Shown here piece by piece: positions 25,641 to 35,922 of a stretch of 64,000 nt of DNA. The position numbers were made by a program, and so were the translations under genes. The notes under the pieces are model-generated. The model had not been told where the DNA came from. It searched no databases and worked only from the letters and a program-made list of their open reading frames with translations. The first letter of the stretch is position 1, and each line of letters opens with the position of its first letter. Source of the DNA: a virus; the IMG/VR virus record IMGVR_UViG_3300037484_000374, positions 106,952 through 170,951 of that record. The stretch is one strand, 5' to 3'.

Positions 25641-28625
25641 ATGTTTTCAATAATCATACCTGTAAGTGACAACACATACCAATACTTGGATGCCTGTATT
25701 AAAAGCATATACACAACTATGTCACCGGAAGACCAAATTATTATTGGTAATTTTGGGACAGATGAAAATATACGATATCCAAAAAGTCTTGTTGTCAAAC
25801 ACATCTATGGTAATGTAACAGAATGTGAGATGATCAATACATGTGTGAACCAACATGCCTATAACAAGCAGATAATCATAATTGACCCCACATGTTCCCT
25901 TTCAAGAAACTTCTTTAAATACCTAAAGGGTAGACAGAAACCCAACTCTATACTTCTTTGCCGAACAGATGTCATTAAAGGAAATACAGCAACCCCTGAT
26001 GATCGTGTAGGGATAACATCAAACTACTTAACATGTAGAATGAATTGTATGTCTTTCTTTAAAACAACAGGAATGAAGATTGGTCTGTTTAATCACATAT
26101 TCAAAGATTCTAAAGACTATAGCCATGGAACCGCTTTTTGTAAGATCGGTGAAGAAAGGTTGGGTTGTCTCATTGAGTATGTATATAACGCAAGGGTTTA
26201 TAAAGTTGCCGGTACAGAGAGAACCAATAAGGATTATCCTCTTGTTAGTAAAGTGGTTGAAATGTTCGATGTTGGTATAACTCAGACAGACGGTATAACT
26301 ATTATCCTACCATCCACACAATCGAATATACGCCAATTTATCCTAAACAATAAAGATGCCAATGATGAACTTATTTGTTTTAATGCAACCGGTGACACCA
26401 TATACAAATACGCCAATGAACACATAACAAAAGCGGCGAATAGTAGAATTGTATTTGTATCACCAACATCAACAATATATCCAAAGGATATTCTCACACT
26501 TTTCAGGAATAAGTATAATAATAAAAAGTTGATATATAGTGACACCATTCCTGGTTCCAGAATACAGAATATGACAGATAACTTGTGGGTGTGTTTTGAT
26601 AAGAGAGCATATAGGAAAACTACCAGTGCATATCCAACAATCACAGACTTCATAAAATCAGTGATGAAGAGTTTCGATGGTGGTATTGAGTTTATAGATC
26701 ACAAAGAGATTAAAGAGATCACCAAGAAGGGCGTTACCCCAAATTATAATAAAGTTGTTGTTGAGAGAAAGACAAGAAGAAAGAAAAAACCTGTGGTTGT
26801 TGTTGAGCCTGTACCCGTACCTGTACCTGTACCTGTACCTGTACCTGTAATCAGCAATATAAAAACATCGTTCATCATTCCTTTCATGTTTGTTGGTGAT
26901 AGGTTCCCTCTATTCGAGGCCACCATTGAAAGACTGTATTCTCTTGCAAAGAACGATCCAAAAATGGAAATTATCGTTCATGAGACAGGACCAGTGCGAA
27001 CCCTTCAAAGAGACTTCCTGCAAAAGTATCATATAAAATATATGTACTCTCAGTGGGATGAGGTGTTTCATCGAAGCTGGAGTCTAAATGTTCCTATCAG
27101 GTGTATGGATGTTGGTGAGAGGCTTGTGTTTATGGATGCTGATCTTCTTATAACAAAGGAGTGGTTGGAAGAAGTAAAAACATCATTGGGATTATATATC
27201 GGGTGGGGTAAGATGTTTAATCTCAATAAACAAGCAACAAACCACTACCTGAGAACAAAAGAAATTATACCAGCATATGAGAGAGTAAGAACCCCAAGCA
27301 TGATGGGTGCGGCTGGTGGTATTACTATAATACCAAAAAAAGACCTTATTGATATAGGTGGATGGCCAGAGGATTTTAGGGGTACATGGGGTGGTGAAGA
27401 TAATGCAATGTTAATGAAGTTACAGAAACTTGGATACAAAAGAAACATATTCAAATCTGGTGTATATCATTTAACCCATGATCACAAAACTCATAGGGAT
27501 GGGACAAGATATAATACCATTAGTGTTATGAAAGATTTCTCTGAGAAAGATTGGCGTGATCACATGAAATGTAGATGTGATTGGGGTAAGAGGGTATATG
27601 AGTCTCTTGTAGAGGATCATAGCTATAAAGCCCTTACAAACACATACCCTGTGTCAAGACTCGAAGGGAAACCACTGAAAATACTATGGTGTAATATAGA
27701 TAGAAGTCATCGGGTAGCAAAGCATTTTGATAGTCTATTAAAACAGGTTAAGAGGGTAGCTAGTGTCACTGTTTTGACCCATGGGGTAGGCGATGATCAC
27801 CCTATGGTATTTATAGAGAAAGTTATTAATGGTAAGATAAAAGTGGAACATATCATAACAGATCATATAAAGGGTCATAAAGATTATGATTGTATCGTAA
27901 CGGATTCTTTATTTGCTTTTATGCAAGAAGATTGGGATGCTATAAATATTCCAAAATTTATGATATTAGAAGATCAACATGGTGATATTGCCAAGAAAAC
28001 GGTAGAGTTTTCTATAAAGAATAACATAAAAATACTCCACAGATACCAGTTTAATAAATTTTTTACTGATGTTCCAGATCAAATAAAATGTGTTTGGTTC
28101 CCCCATTCTGTTGATGTTGATGTGTTTAAAGATTATGGATTAAAGAAAGAGTTCTCTGTTCTACAAGTCGGTGCTTTATATAAGATGTACACTATCAGAA
28201 ATGAGGTTGTGAAGTCTTTGAAAAACACACAATTATTAAAACAGATAACAAGACCTGTGGAGACTTCAAAAACACCATGGCCTGTCGGTGTAGACTATGC
28301 CAAGTTGATTAATCAGGCTTGCCTAACAGTTACCTGTGGTGCGGATGTACAATATCCTGTCATGAAATTTTTCGAGATAGGAGCATGTAACAGTGTTATA
28401 TATAGTTCATATTTTCCAGAGTTGAAAGACCTTGGTTTTATTCCTAACATAAACATGCTTGAAGTTGATCGGGATAATATTCATAGTCAGGTCAAAACAA
28501 TTCTTGGTCATAAGAATAGATTAAACGAGTTATCAATGAACGGTTTGAGACTTATACAAGAGCGACATACAACAGTTATCAGGGCAAGAGAACTGATAGA
28601 AATACTAAAAAATAATAAGAAATGA
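25641..28625 (+). CDS. multi-domain glycosyltransferase (GT2-like, GT2/GT7C, C-terminal GT-B/CgeB-like)
   Basis: SIIIP; FMDAD; GGWPEDFRGTWGGED; KFFEIGACNS; (PV)7 linker. Confidence 0.8.
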   Translation: MFSIIIPVSDNTYQYLDACIKSIYTTMSPEDQIIIGNFGTDENIRYPKSLVVKHIYGNVTECEMINTCVNQHAYNKQIIIIDPTCSLSRNFFKYLKGRQKPNSILLCRTDVIKGNTATPDDRVGITSNYLTCRMNCMSFFKTTGMKIGLFNHIFKDSKDYSHGTAFCKIGEERLGCLIEYVYNARVYKVAGTERTNKDYPLVSKVVEMFDVGITQTDGITIILPSTQSNIRQFILNNKDANDELICFNATGDTIYKYANEHITKAANSRIVFVSPTSTIYPKDILTLFRNKYNNKKLIYSDTIPGSRIQNMTDNLWVCFDKRAYRKTTSAYPTITDFIKSVMKSFDGGIEFIDHKEIKEITKKGVTPNYNKVVVERKTRRKKKPVVVVEPVPVPVPVPVPVPVISNIKTSFIIPFMFVGDRFPLFEATIERLYSLAKNDPKMEIIVHETGPVRTLQRDFLQKYHIKYMYSQWDEVFHRSWSLNVPIRCMDVGERLVFMDADLLITKEWLEEVKTSLGLYIGWGKMFNLNKQATNHYLRTKEIIPAYERVRTPSMMGAAGGITIIPKKDLIDIGGWPEDFRGTWGGEDNAMLMKLQKLGYKRNIFKSGVYHLTHDHKTHRDGTRYNTISVMKDFSEKDWRDHMKCRCDWGKRVYESLVEDHSYKALTNTYPVSRLEGKPLKILWCNIDRSHRVAKHFDSLLKQVKRVASVTVLTHGVGDDHPMVFIEKVINGKIKVEHIITDHIKGHKDYDCIVTDSLFAFMQEDWDAINIPKFMILEDQHGDIAKKTVEFSIKNNIKILHRYQFNKFFTDVPDQIKCVWFPHSVDVDVFKDYGLKKEFSVLQVGALYKMYTIRNEVVKSLKNTQLLKQITRPVETSKTPWPVGVDYAKLINQACLTVTCGADVQYPVMKFFEIGACNSVIYSSYFPELKDLGFIPNINMLEVDRDNIHSQVKTILGHKNRLNELSMNGLRLIQERHTTVIRARELIEILKNNKK
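26808..26849 (+). repeat. CCTGTA x7 (Pro-Val linker)
   Basis: Read directly from the sequence. Confidence 0.95.
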
Positions 28626-29135
28626 AGAAATTAACATACGAACATATTAAAGAACAAATTGAAAAAAAGGGGGGGGTATACTTTTTAAGCGATAGTTATG
28701 AAAATGCTCATGTGAAACTTGAAGTAAAGTGTCCAAATGGACATAAATATATAGTAACATGGAATAGATTTCAACAAGGACATAAATGCCCTGAGTGCTA
28801 TGCTGAATCAACATCTTCCAAAGTAGAAATTGAAATTTTTGAATTTATCAAAAACATTTATGATGGTGAAACAATCTCTAACGATAGAACACAAATAGTC
28901 AATCCAGAAACAGGTTGTAATTTGGAATTAGACGTATATCTTCCAGAATTAAATAAAGCAATAGAATTCAACGGTGTTTATTGGCACTGTTTAAAAAATG
29001 TAAAGAGACGTGGCACTGTTTAAAAAATGTAAAGAGAAAGGTATTGGTTTAATGATAATTGATGAAGAAATTTATAATTTTAACAAAGAAAAATGTTTAG
29101 ACAAAATTAGAGAATTTGTAAAAGAGAAATTCTAA
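28622..29135 (+). pseudogene. homing endonuclease paralog disrupted by a 27-bp duplication
   Basis: Paralog of 23572; TGGCACTGTTTAAAAAATGTAAAGAGA at 28982 and 29011; the CKEKGI tail continues out of frame. Confidence 0.75.
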
Positions 29136-29147
29136 AAGGAGATAGAT

Positions 29148-29561
29148 ATGATATACACACCACTAAAAACAAAAACTATCATGGTTGATGTTTTTGATAT
29201 ATACGTATCGGTACTACTTTCACAGAAACAATTTGAAGCGTTCATAGAAATGAACGATATCTATGATACAAGAATGGGGAATCTGCAATGGGAAGCAATC
29301 AACGGTTGTTATGCATATCTACTAGATGGAAACGCTCAAGCATATTATATACTTGTTTTACGAACACATGATATTTACACAATTATCCACGAATGTGTGC
29401 ATCTCGTTCACAGCATTGTTGATCATCTTGGTATTCCATTGACAATTCAGAATACTGAAACCATCGCTTATATGACAACAAGTTTATGCAAGAAAGCCAT
29501 GGTGGTGGTAGAGGAATATACCAAGGAGCATGTAAAGAAAAAGAAAAAAGTAAAAGTATAA
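29148..29561 (+). CDS. HExxH-containing hypothetical protein
   Basis: TIIHECVH...ETIAY. Confidence 0.65.
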   Translation: MIYTPLKTKTIMVDVFDIYVSVLLSQKQFEAFIEMNDIYDTRMGNLQWEAINGCYAYLLDGNAQAYYILVLRTHDIYTIIHECVHLVHSIVDHLGIPLTIQNTETIAYMTTSLCKKAMVVVEEYTKEHVKKKKKVKV

Positions 29562-29580
29562 GAAGGAGGAGGAGATAGAT

Positions 29581-30402
29581 ATGAAACAAATATTAAAAGA
29601 TGTGTGTGAAAGATATGATTTTCTGAATTATGAAAAACTGTTAGAATACCCTATGCCTCTAAATGCTCCTATAATCACCGTAGCGATGCTTTCATTTATG
29701 AGGTATGACAGGCTCATCTCAACCCTTAAAAACCTCTTATCGCTCCATATACCCCTTAATTTATGTATCAGGGTACAGGGTACTGAGTTATTAACATATT
29801 TCCAAAAAAGAGACATATTAAAATTTGTTGATGCGTTCAGCGGTCACGATATCCAATTTACAAGAGGGAACCACGGAACCGGTACACCACGGGGAGATGT
29901 TATAGAAAGAGCATATAAGCATTTCGATACTCCTTATATATTAACCACCGATGACGATATGTTATGGAAAACAGAATCATTAATAATACAACGATACATG
30001 CTTGAAACAAATAAAGAATTGGGTGCATGTAGCGTGACCTGTACGCCTCATTATAATGCTTGGAATATAATAGGTGACAAGTTGGTGGGAAGAACACCTA
30101 TACCACCATTTGATATCAATGTAGATGCATCTGGGTCTGGGACAATGCTATTCAAACGCCAAATACTTGACAATTCAGAAGTGGTCTATGATAAAAACTT
30201 TTATATAGGCTGGGCCGATTTCGATTTCTGTATGCAGATGAGAAAGAAATGGAAAATTGGCATCATAGATATCCCAGAGCTAAAAATCAAAAACAATTAT
30301 GATCCAAAAGCCAAAGACTACTTGGCTGTAAGGGGTTGTAAACAACACAACATCAATTCAAAGAAATACTTCCAAAAGAAATGGGGTTTATTAATTTCAT
30401 AG
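29581..30402 (+). CDS. glycosyltransferase family 2
   Basis: YILTTDDD; GWADFDFC. Confidence 0.8.
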   Translation: MKQILKDVCERYDFLNYEKLLEYPMPLNAPIITVAMLSFMRYDRLISTLKNLLSLHIPLNLCIRVQGTELLTYFQKRDILKFVDAFSGHDIQFTRGNHGTGTPRGDVIERAYKHFDTPYILTTDDDMLWKTESLIIQRYMLETNKELGACSVTCTPHYNAWNIIGDKLVGRTPIPPFDINVDASGSGTMLFKRQILDNSEVVYDKNFYIGWADFDFCMQMRKKWKIGIIDIPELKIKNNYDPKAKDYLAVRGCKQHNINSKKYFQKKWGLLIS

Positions 30403-30533
30403 TCTGGTTTACATCTCATTAAAAATACGTTATAATATATTTAATGAGATGTATCATTAAACAAGCCCTAAATGGTTTGGTGTGATCAATTGCAAAATAA
30501 TGACCAACCTCTTCCAATTGAGAAATTGAGAAT

Positions 30534-31553
30534 ATGCGTCTATTAATTACAGGTGGTACGGGTTATATAGGGTCACATACATGTGTTGTGTTGATGCAAG
30601 CTGGTCACGAAGTGGTGATCTTAGACAACCTTTGCAACAGTCGGCGCGATGTGGTTAATCGTATTGGCCGGATTGTCGGTTGGGAGCCTGCGTTCGTTGA
30701 GGGTGACGTGCGTGATCGCTCTTTGGTTCGCCGATTGCTTAATGACGAAGGTATTGATGGTGTGATGCACTTCGCTGGCTTGAAGGCGGTGGGAGAGTCG
30801 GTGGCCCAACCTCTTGCCTATTACGATTGCAATGTTTGCAGCACCATTGCATTGTTCGAGTCAATGGTGGAGGCGGGGGTGAAGGTACTGGTTTTCAGCT
30901 CGTCCGCAACAGTTTACGGATATCCAAAGACAGTGCCAATTAGTGAGGATTTTCCATGTTCAGCAACTAATCCTTACGGACGTAGTAAACTTATAATTGA
31001 GGATATCTTATCCGACCTTCTCAGGGCAGACCCGGCATGGTGTATTGCATGTTTGCGCTATTTCAACCCAGTTGGGGCGCATGAGAGTGGTATGATAGGC
31101 GAGGCGCCACTTGGTGTACCTAATAACCTCGTGCCTTATATAACTGACGTGGCGGCAGGGCGGCGGGAACGGCTCGAGGTTTTCGGTGACGATTATTCTA
31201 CCCGGGATGGTACAGGAGTGCGTGATTACATTCATGTTATGGATATGGCCGAAGGACACGTAGCCGCACTTAACGCGCTTGTAGCCAAAAGCGGAATGTT
31301 TACTGTCAACCTAGGTACAGGGTGCGGCTACACAGTGTTGGAAATGGTTCGTGCGTTTGCTGCTGCGAGTGGGAAAGAAGTTCCCTATGTTTTATCCCCT
31401 CGTCGTCCTGGTGATGTGGCTGAGTGTTATGCAGATGCGACACTCGCATCGACATTGTTGAATTGGCAGGCAAAGCGGGATATCCATGCCATGTGCCGTG
31501 ACACTTGGAGATGGGAACAATGGCGTTTACATTCCATTAAAAATATGTTATAA
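30534..31553 (+). CDS. galE: UDP-glucose 4-epimerase
   Basis: GGTGYIGSH, HFAGLKAVGES, FSSSATVYG, YGRSK, LRYFNP.GAH and RDYIHV motifs; GC higher than the flanks. Confidence 0.95.
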   Translation: MRLLITGGTGYIGSHTCVVLMQAGHEVVILDNLCNSRRDVVNRIGRIVGWEPAFVEGDVRDRSLVRRLLNDEGIDGVMHFAGLKAVGESVAQPLAYYDCNVCSTIALFESMVEAGVKVLVFSSSATVYGYPKTVPISEDFPCSATNPYGRSKLIIEDILSDLLRADPAWCIACLRYFNPVGAHESGMIGEAPLGVPNNLVPYITDVAAGRRERLEVFGDDYSTRDGTGVRDYIHVMDMAEGHVAALNALVAKSGMFTVNLGTGCGYTVLEMVRAFAAASGKEVPYVLSPRRPGDVAECYADATLASTLLNWQAKRDIHAMCRDTWRWEQWRLHSIKNML

Positions 31554-32345
31554 TATATTATAAGATAAATTAAAAGGAGTAATTATAAATTTCAAAGATG
31601 ATCTTCATGATCTAAAGAAACTGTTTAAAAATAAAGGGGAAGAAATGGCGCACGAGATGGGAGTCGAAGAATTTTTTCGGGGGGTAAAAGACCTCCGAGA
31701 AATGAGAAAAAACGACCCGGAAGGCTATCAAAAGTGGTGTAACGACAGGGGACTGACAGAAGATTCAGAGCCATTGGTGTTTACTGCGGACCCGGATGAA
31801 TAGCGGTTTGGTGTTATGGAACCATAATTTATATCAAGTGGTGATCAAGTAGCAATAATTGACTATAATATAAGTTATACTTACCTGAGAGCAAAGAGCA
31901 TTTAGTATAATAATAACAGTTATATACAAAAATGTGTTAATTTGTAAAAAAGTAGTCTAAAATTGTCCATATAATGTAATAATCTGTTAAAAATTGAATA
32001 GGAATATAATATGAAGATAGGTGATAAGGGTTGTTGGTCTCTGGAACACAAACTATTGAGGTGCAGCGATGACGAGTAATTCAGGAGATTATGGATATGA
32101 ATCAAGATGAAGCGGATATGAATCAAGATGAAATTGAAAGACAAGCAGATGAATTTTTTGCAACAAAGCTAATGAAAACTGTTAAGGTTAGCAATAATGA
32201 TTGTTTCGGTTGCCGGGCGAAACGTAAAAAACGTAAAAAACGTGGATTGCCTTGTTAAGGTTAGAAGTAAGCGGCAGGCCACAGGGCGACCACTTATTAA
32301 TTTTTTTTGCCGGATGCGTTATCCCATGCGGTTGAGGAATTGGTT

Positions 32346-32564
32346 ATGTCGATAAAAGTAAATAAAATTCGTGTAGTTATATATCCCGCCGACTTTCCGA
32401 AAAATATAAAAATGACCCCTGAAAATTGGAGCGACTGGCTAACCGGCAAGTTGGTTGACCACGGGATACCAGCAGATACCCCACAAACTGTTAATAGTGG
32501 GGTTATAAGTCGATTTGATGACCCCGGAAATGAGGGGCAGATTATTTACGAGTGGAAAGCATAA
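32346..32564 (+). CDS. cassette gene, hypothetical
   Basis: ATG within GTTATGT; TAA within GCATAAC. Confidence 0.65.
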   Translation: MSIKVNKIRVVIYPADFPKNIKMTPENWSDWLTGKLVDHGIPADTPQTVNSGVISRFDDPGNEGQIIYEWKA

Positions 32565-32652
32565 CGCTTCGGTTAACCAGTGGCGAGCCACCGAAGCAAT
32601 TTATTAAACTCAACAGCAGACCCCGCCATCTGCGTTGAACCGATTGTTATAT
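32559..32652 (+). repeat. attC-like site 1
   Basis: GCATAAC..TCGGTTAAC...GTTGAACCGATT-GTTATAT. Confidence 0.75.
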
Positions 32653-32667
32653 TTCAGGAGGCGCAGG

Positions 32668-32883
32668 ATGGAAAAGATAGTTGGTGATTGGCATATTGAA
32701 GTAACGATGTCAGCGGATGAAGCAAAAGAGGTCTGCAAGATGGGTAGTGGTGCTGGCGGTTTTGAGTGCATCAGGATGTCATACCCAGCGAACGGGAGCA
32801 TTTTCTCTCGTTTGAAGGACGGGACTATGAAGGCAAAGGGCGAAGGTGGATGGGCCGGTTGTGCTTGGCACGGGGAAATATAA
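32668..32883 (+). CDS. cassette gene, hypothetical
   Basis: AGGAGG RBS right after attC1; TAA within ATATAAC. Confidence 0.65.
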   Translation: MEKIVGDWHIEVTMSADEAKEVCKMGSGAGGFECIRMSYPANGSIFSRLKDGTMKAKGEGGWAGCAWHGEI

Positions 32884-32994
32884 CGACAAGTTGAGACGCG
32901 TCACGCGGAACTTAGCAAAGATAAATTAAACAATGGAGGACAATCCGCCAAGAAAGTGCCAGTGTGGGCGTCGGGCTTGAGCGGATTGTTATGC
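32878..32994 (+). repeat. attC-like site 2
   Basis: ATATAAC...GCTTGAGCGGATT-GTTATGC. Confidence 0.7.
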
Positions 32995-33003
32995 GAGGTT
33001 TTT

Positions 33004-33273
33004 ATGATTGATTTTAAAAAAGTAAAACCACCTAGCCTACTTGATATGTTCGGTAAATCTGTTGATGAATGGACGGTTAATGAAAAGCTACATATTGCGA
33101 CAGAGTATAAAAAACTGCAATGCAACAATATAGAGTGCCACTGTGGAAGAGATGTGCTGAAAAGCATTTGGGAAGCAATACACCAGACTCCAGCATGTGG
33201 ATTAAATGCGATACTTTGTGCGGCAGCGCAAGAAATTGACGCTTTGCGAAACATGGTTAATGCCGACACATAA
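33004..33273 (+). CDS. cassette gene, hypothetical
   Basis: GAGG RBS after attC2; TAA within ACATAAC. Confidence 0.65.
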   Translation: MIDFKKVKPPSLLDMFGKSVDEWTVNEKLHIATEYKKLQCNNIECHCGRDVLKSIWEAIHQTPACGLNAILCAAAQEIDALRNMVNADT

Positions 33274-33404
33274 CGCTCCGGCTACAAAACCAGGGCAACA
33301 AAAAATAATTAATATCATTTTTTCTATTGACTCTCTCTGATATTATGGTATTATTAAATCAAAGGGAAGGCAATAAAGCACTCTCGCAAAACAGGGAGCA
33401 AGAC

Positions 33405-33596
33405 ATGAAAACTTACAAAGAAATGTACGAAGAAGCCGCTGCTAAAACAAACGGAGAATACAAGGGGTATACAAAAGGCAACGCCCTTTCTCTGTACGTT
33501 GACGAAAAATACGGGGTGAATGCGGCGGCGAACAATGCCGCTCATGACGCTCTTTGTGAAGTTGCATCAACAATGAGTTTGGACGATGAAGAGTAA
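33405..33596 (+). CDS. hypothetical protein with its own promoter
   Basis: TTGACT..TATTAT promoter; GGGAG RBS. Confidence 0.65.
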   Translation: MKTYKEMYEEAAAKTNGEYKGYTKGNALSLYVDEKYGVNAAANNAAHDALCEVASTMSLDDEE

Positions 33597-33853
33597 AAAG
33601 GCGGCAATAGACCGGCCCTTGCACCTGAAGAAAAGCCGGTTGATATCTCCCTGCGCCCCCGCGCGATCTGGTTGAGAAACTGGACGCTATGGAAGGCAGT
33701 CGGGCGAAACTGATAATTGCAGCCTGTCCGGCCTCGATAATAAAAAATAAATAAAATAGAAATAAATTGCGATTATCGCTTGACGCAATAGAAATATAAT
33801 GCTATACTGTATTTAACAAAGGGCGATAAAGCCAAAGTTAAAAGGAGATAGCA

Positions 33854-34108
33854 ATGAAACTTAAATCAGACGACAAAAAAACTAATCAGTACCTTTTTCA
33901 TTCCGAAGAGATTTCCGTTGTTGAGTCTACCGACGCTTACAAACTGGTGGAATTTAAACGCGGCTTGGATTTCGGGCTTGCTCTTGTAATTGACGGAAAA
34001 GTAAAAGAGCTTCAGTGTCGTGGCAGATACGAATGGGACAAGATGAAAAAAGCAAACCCGGACACTTGGATTTCTGATATGAAAGAATATTTCATCTTCT
34101 TCATGTAA
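33854..34108 (+). CDS. hypothetical protein with its own promoter
   Basis: TTGACG..TATACT promoter; AGGAG RBS. Confidence 0.7.
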   Translation: MKLKSDDKKTNQYLFHSEEISVVESTDAYKLVEFKRGLDFGLALVIDGKVKELQCRGRYEWDKMKKANPDTWISDMKEYFIFFM

Positions 34109-34124
34109 TCAAAGGAGGCACAAA

Positions 34125-34367
34125 ATGAAATTTGAAAAATATGTTTTCGGGACGATGTTAAACGGATGGAGTATCACAAAATACACGGACGGCGAAATGA
34201 TTCGGATTGTTGCAGAACATTCCGAGCACGACGATGCCGGTGAAAGGAATTTTGAAAGCGAAAATGATTATGAAATATGGATTGACAGCATAGTTGATGA
34301 TGAGACAGCGATCTATAGCCCGGCCGAAGCGGTTAACCGTGTGTTGAAGGCACTAAGAAATGACTGA
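34125..34367 (+). CDS. hypothetical protein
   Basis: AGGAGG RBS. Confidence 0.7.
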   Translation: MKFEKYVFGTMLNGWSITKYTDGEMIRIVAEHSEHDDAGERNFESENDYEIWIDSIVDDETAIYSPAEAVNRVLKALRND

Positions 34368-34528
34368 TTACGTCAAACAACTTCGAGAAAAAGGCTGGAC
34401 GGCTCAAGAACTGGCGAAGCGGTGGGGGGGTTACTCCCCGCCGCATTTCGCAAATCGGCAATGGCCCGAGTCAAAAAGATTGGGACGCTTTGGCCGGGCT
34501 GCCGCCCAAAGTTGCCCCGGCAGACTAA
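34360..34528 (+). pseudogene. small HTH protein frameshifted in a G7 tract
   Basis: With G6 it reads ELAKRWGVTPRRISQI...PAD* and ends in the R'' box GACTAAC. Confidence 0.7.
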
Positions 34529-34588
34529 CGACCAGCATAAGCGGTTGCCGGGCAGTTTCGGCAATCCGACTTAATGCGCTGGTTATGC
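34523..34588 (+). repeat. attC-like site 3
   Basis: GACTAAC-GACCAGCATAAGCGG-TTGCCG..CGGCAA-TCCGACTTAATGCGCTG-GTTATGC. Confidence 0.85.
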
Positions 34589-34756
34589 GATTTTAAATTT
34601 ATGGGGGTGGCGGTACCTAATCTTGGTTGCTCTTGATTACTGCGAAAAGACGCAGGCCCCCCCGCCTTTTTACATTATGGCCGAAAGCATATGAGAACAC
34701 ATCCGCCGTGGACCGGGGCCATGTGTGAGTAGGCCATTTGGGGAAGAGGAGAGAAA

Positions 34757-34948
34757 ATGAAATTAAGGCTATCAAAAGAAAAAGACATGATGTGCGGGTG
34801 GTGTTTTGAACCGGATGATGTCCTGGCGATCCGCGACGAATATGAGAAGAGAAACGGAAACGAGGTTGCCAGCGATCTTGAATTTATGGATGATATTTTG
34901 GCAATCCTCTGGGAACACAAACTATTGAGGTGCAGCGATGACGAGTAA
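34757..34948 (+). CDS. cassette gene, hypothetical
   Basis: GAGGAG RBS. Confidence 0.6.
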   Translation: MKLRLSKEKDMMCGWCFEPDDVLAIRDEYEKRNGNEVASDLEFMDDILAILWEHKLLRCSDDE

Positions 34949-35132
34949 AGAAATGATGCAGACAAAGCTAAAAAAAGGGGGAATTTTTGAAAACCAGAGC
35001 AAGCTTGGCAGTAAGCCAAACTGGAAGATCATTCCTGCGAATATCGACAAGTATCCGTCTTTTGCTGCTTTCTGCGATGAATGTGGCTGCCCGTTCCATG
35101 ACGGAAAACCGGGATGCTATTGTTCAGCATAA
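34938..35132 (+). CDS. cassette gene, Cys-rich hypothetical
   Basis: TAA within GCATAAC. Confidence 0.55.
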   Translation: MTSKEMMQTKLKKGGIFENQSKLGSKPNWKIIPANIDKYPSFAAFCDECGCPFHDGKPGCYCSA

Positions 35133-35219
35133 CGCCCCGCATAACCAGCGTGGCCTAAAGGTTAATTCCCGATAGGGCCGCAGGCGTTTACCACGTCTGC
35201 GTTTATGCGATTGTTGGGC
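35127..35219 (+). repeat. attC-like site 4
   Basis: GCATAAC..CGCATAAC..GTTTATGCGATT-GTTGGGC. Confidence 0.8.
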
Positions 35220-35233
35220 CGCTCTTGACCTTA

Positions 35234-35494
35234 TTATTTTTTAAAATCAATTGGTAAATAAATGGTGAATCCATGAGAAACACGTTTATTGGAATATTTA
35301 TATTCACAGTAACCCCTTGGCTTTCTTTCTCCTCTACATGACTGTTCATTTTCTATCATGTGTTCAGAGCATAAAAAGCCACACGTTTCGTCTTGTTCTA
35401 CAAATATTTCTTTAATGTCTTGATAACAGTCATAAAGATAAACTTTATAATCAGCGCTATTGGTACAATTTTTTACACAACATTTTTGTTTCAT
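35234..35494 (-). CDS. Cys-rich hypothetical protein (antisense within its cassette)
   Basis: MKQKCCVKNC...CGFLCSEH. Confidence 0.55.
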   Translation of the reverse strand: MKQKCCVKNCTNSADYKVYLYDCYQDIKEIFVEQDETCGFLCSEHMIENEQSCRGERKPRGYCEYKYSNKRVSHGFTIYLPIDFKK

Positions 35495-35522
35495 GTTTAA
35501 CCTCAAATTTATGGTGAATAAA

Positions 35523-35792
35523 ATGAAAGAAATTGAAATTAAAATTACAGGCGAAAACAAGACTGGTAAAAGTAAAATTGCATGTTTGATAAGTAATGTC
35601 TTAAAAAATAGTGGAGCAACAATAACTTGTGAAGATGATTTCTTTAATTATGTAGGTAAAAACATTAATTTAGAAGAATGTAATATTGTTGTTAAAGTTC
35701 AATCTGTTAAATATCGGGCTCCCAACGGTATGACTATAATGTATGGCGATCCAAAAGAAGGCAAAAGTTGTCATGAGAACCATGTTTTATAA
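35523..35792 (+). CDS. hypothetical protein with P-loop-like G..KTGKS
   Basis: ITGENKTGKS. Confidence 0.5.
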   Translation: MKEIEIKITGENKTGKSKIACLISNVLKNSGATITCEDDFFNYVGKNINLEECNIVVKVQSVKYRAPNGMTIMYGDPKEGKSCHENHVL

Positions 35793-35832
35793 AACCTTTT
35801 GTTTATAACCTGGGCGGAAGTCGCAAGCCTCC

Positions 35833-35922
35833 GCCCAACGACCAAGGTAACGCGACCGGGCCACGATGCCTGGTTGCGAAGCCGCCGACGTTACCCCGGT
35901 CGCGTTGACCGTTTTGTTAAGT
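35833..35922 (+). repeat. attC-like site 5
   Basis: GCCCAAC..GGTAACGCGACCGGG...CCCGGTCGCGTTGACC..GTTAAGT. Confidence 0.85.

Noticed and set aside
32559-35922. CRISPR or REP interpretation of the palindromic intergenic elements
   Set aside because: The elements differ in sequence and length, are separated by whole genes, and have attC-type ends
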